DNA from: a virus | DNA length: 64,000 bases | Strand: one strand, 5' to 3' | IMG/VR virus record: IMGVR_UViG_3300027833_000001 | Span: 1 to 64,000 of that record | Shown: piece by piece, positions 63,981 through 64,000 of the stretch | Layout: each line of letters begins with the position of its first letter | How positions within the stretch are numbered: the stretch's first letter is position 1 | Notes under the pieces: model-generated | Database searches by the model: none | Seen by the model: the letters and a program-made list of their open reading frames with translations, nothing else | What the model was told of the DNA's origin: nothing | Made by a program: the position numbers and the translations under genes

Positions 63981-64000
63981 AAATAAATTTATTCTATGAT
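63977..64000 (+). CDS. Start of next gene, truncated by the window end
   Basis: ATGA overlap with the previous stop; MKINLFYD. Confidence 0.5.

Noticed and set aside
1-64000. Alternative genetic code, tRNA genes or diversity-generating retroelement
   Set aside because: Core genes are full length in code 11; no cloverleaf or T-loop motif was seen in the gaps by eye; no reverse transcriptase or TR/VR pair.

Overview
This 64 kb window is an AT-rich, densely coding segment of a large T4-like (Tevenvirinae/Kyanoviridae-style) myophage, probably aquatic or marine; the host cannot be determined from this window. The assignment rests on gp61 primase, T4-type RNase H, nrdA/nrdC/nrdB, thyX, dCMP deaminase, DNA ligase, a T4-type lysozyme, many gp55-type late promoters (TATAAATA) and perfect sigma70-type early promoters. 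Layout: 1-14 kb is a late module of probable head-packaged and structural proteins, several with T4 capsid-targeting-like N-termini, including an RNA-ligase-like protein, a HxGH nucleotidyltransferase and a P-loop kinase. 14-29 kb covers replication and nucleotide metabolism, with interspersed glycosyltransferase, SGNH-like and QueC-like genes. 29-45 kb holds early and accessory genes, a composition-switch junction at about 35.3-36.7 kb, and a late-promoter-driven RNA with three tandem pseudoknots at 42.66-42.87 kb. 44.6-49.7 kb is a minus-strand late operon of exported low-complexity proteins. 49.9-64 kb is a divergent tailoring-enzyme cluster: desaturase, 2OG oxygenases, GNAT-like, methyltransferase, six tandem radical SAM paralogs plus one truncated copy, and a GT-like gene. 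Across the whole window GCWGC is strongly avoided unless it overlaps GGC/GCC. No tRNA, CRISPR, intron or intein was recognised. All family calls come from motif recognition by eye, not database searches.
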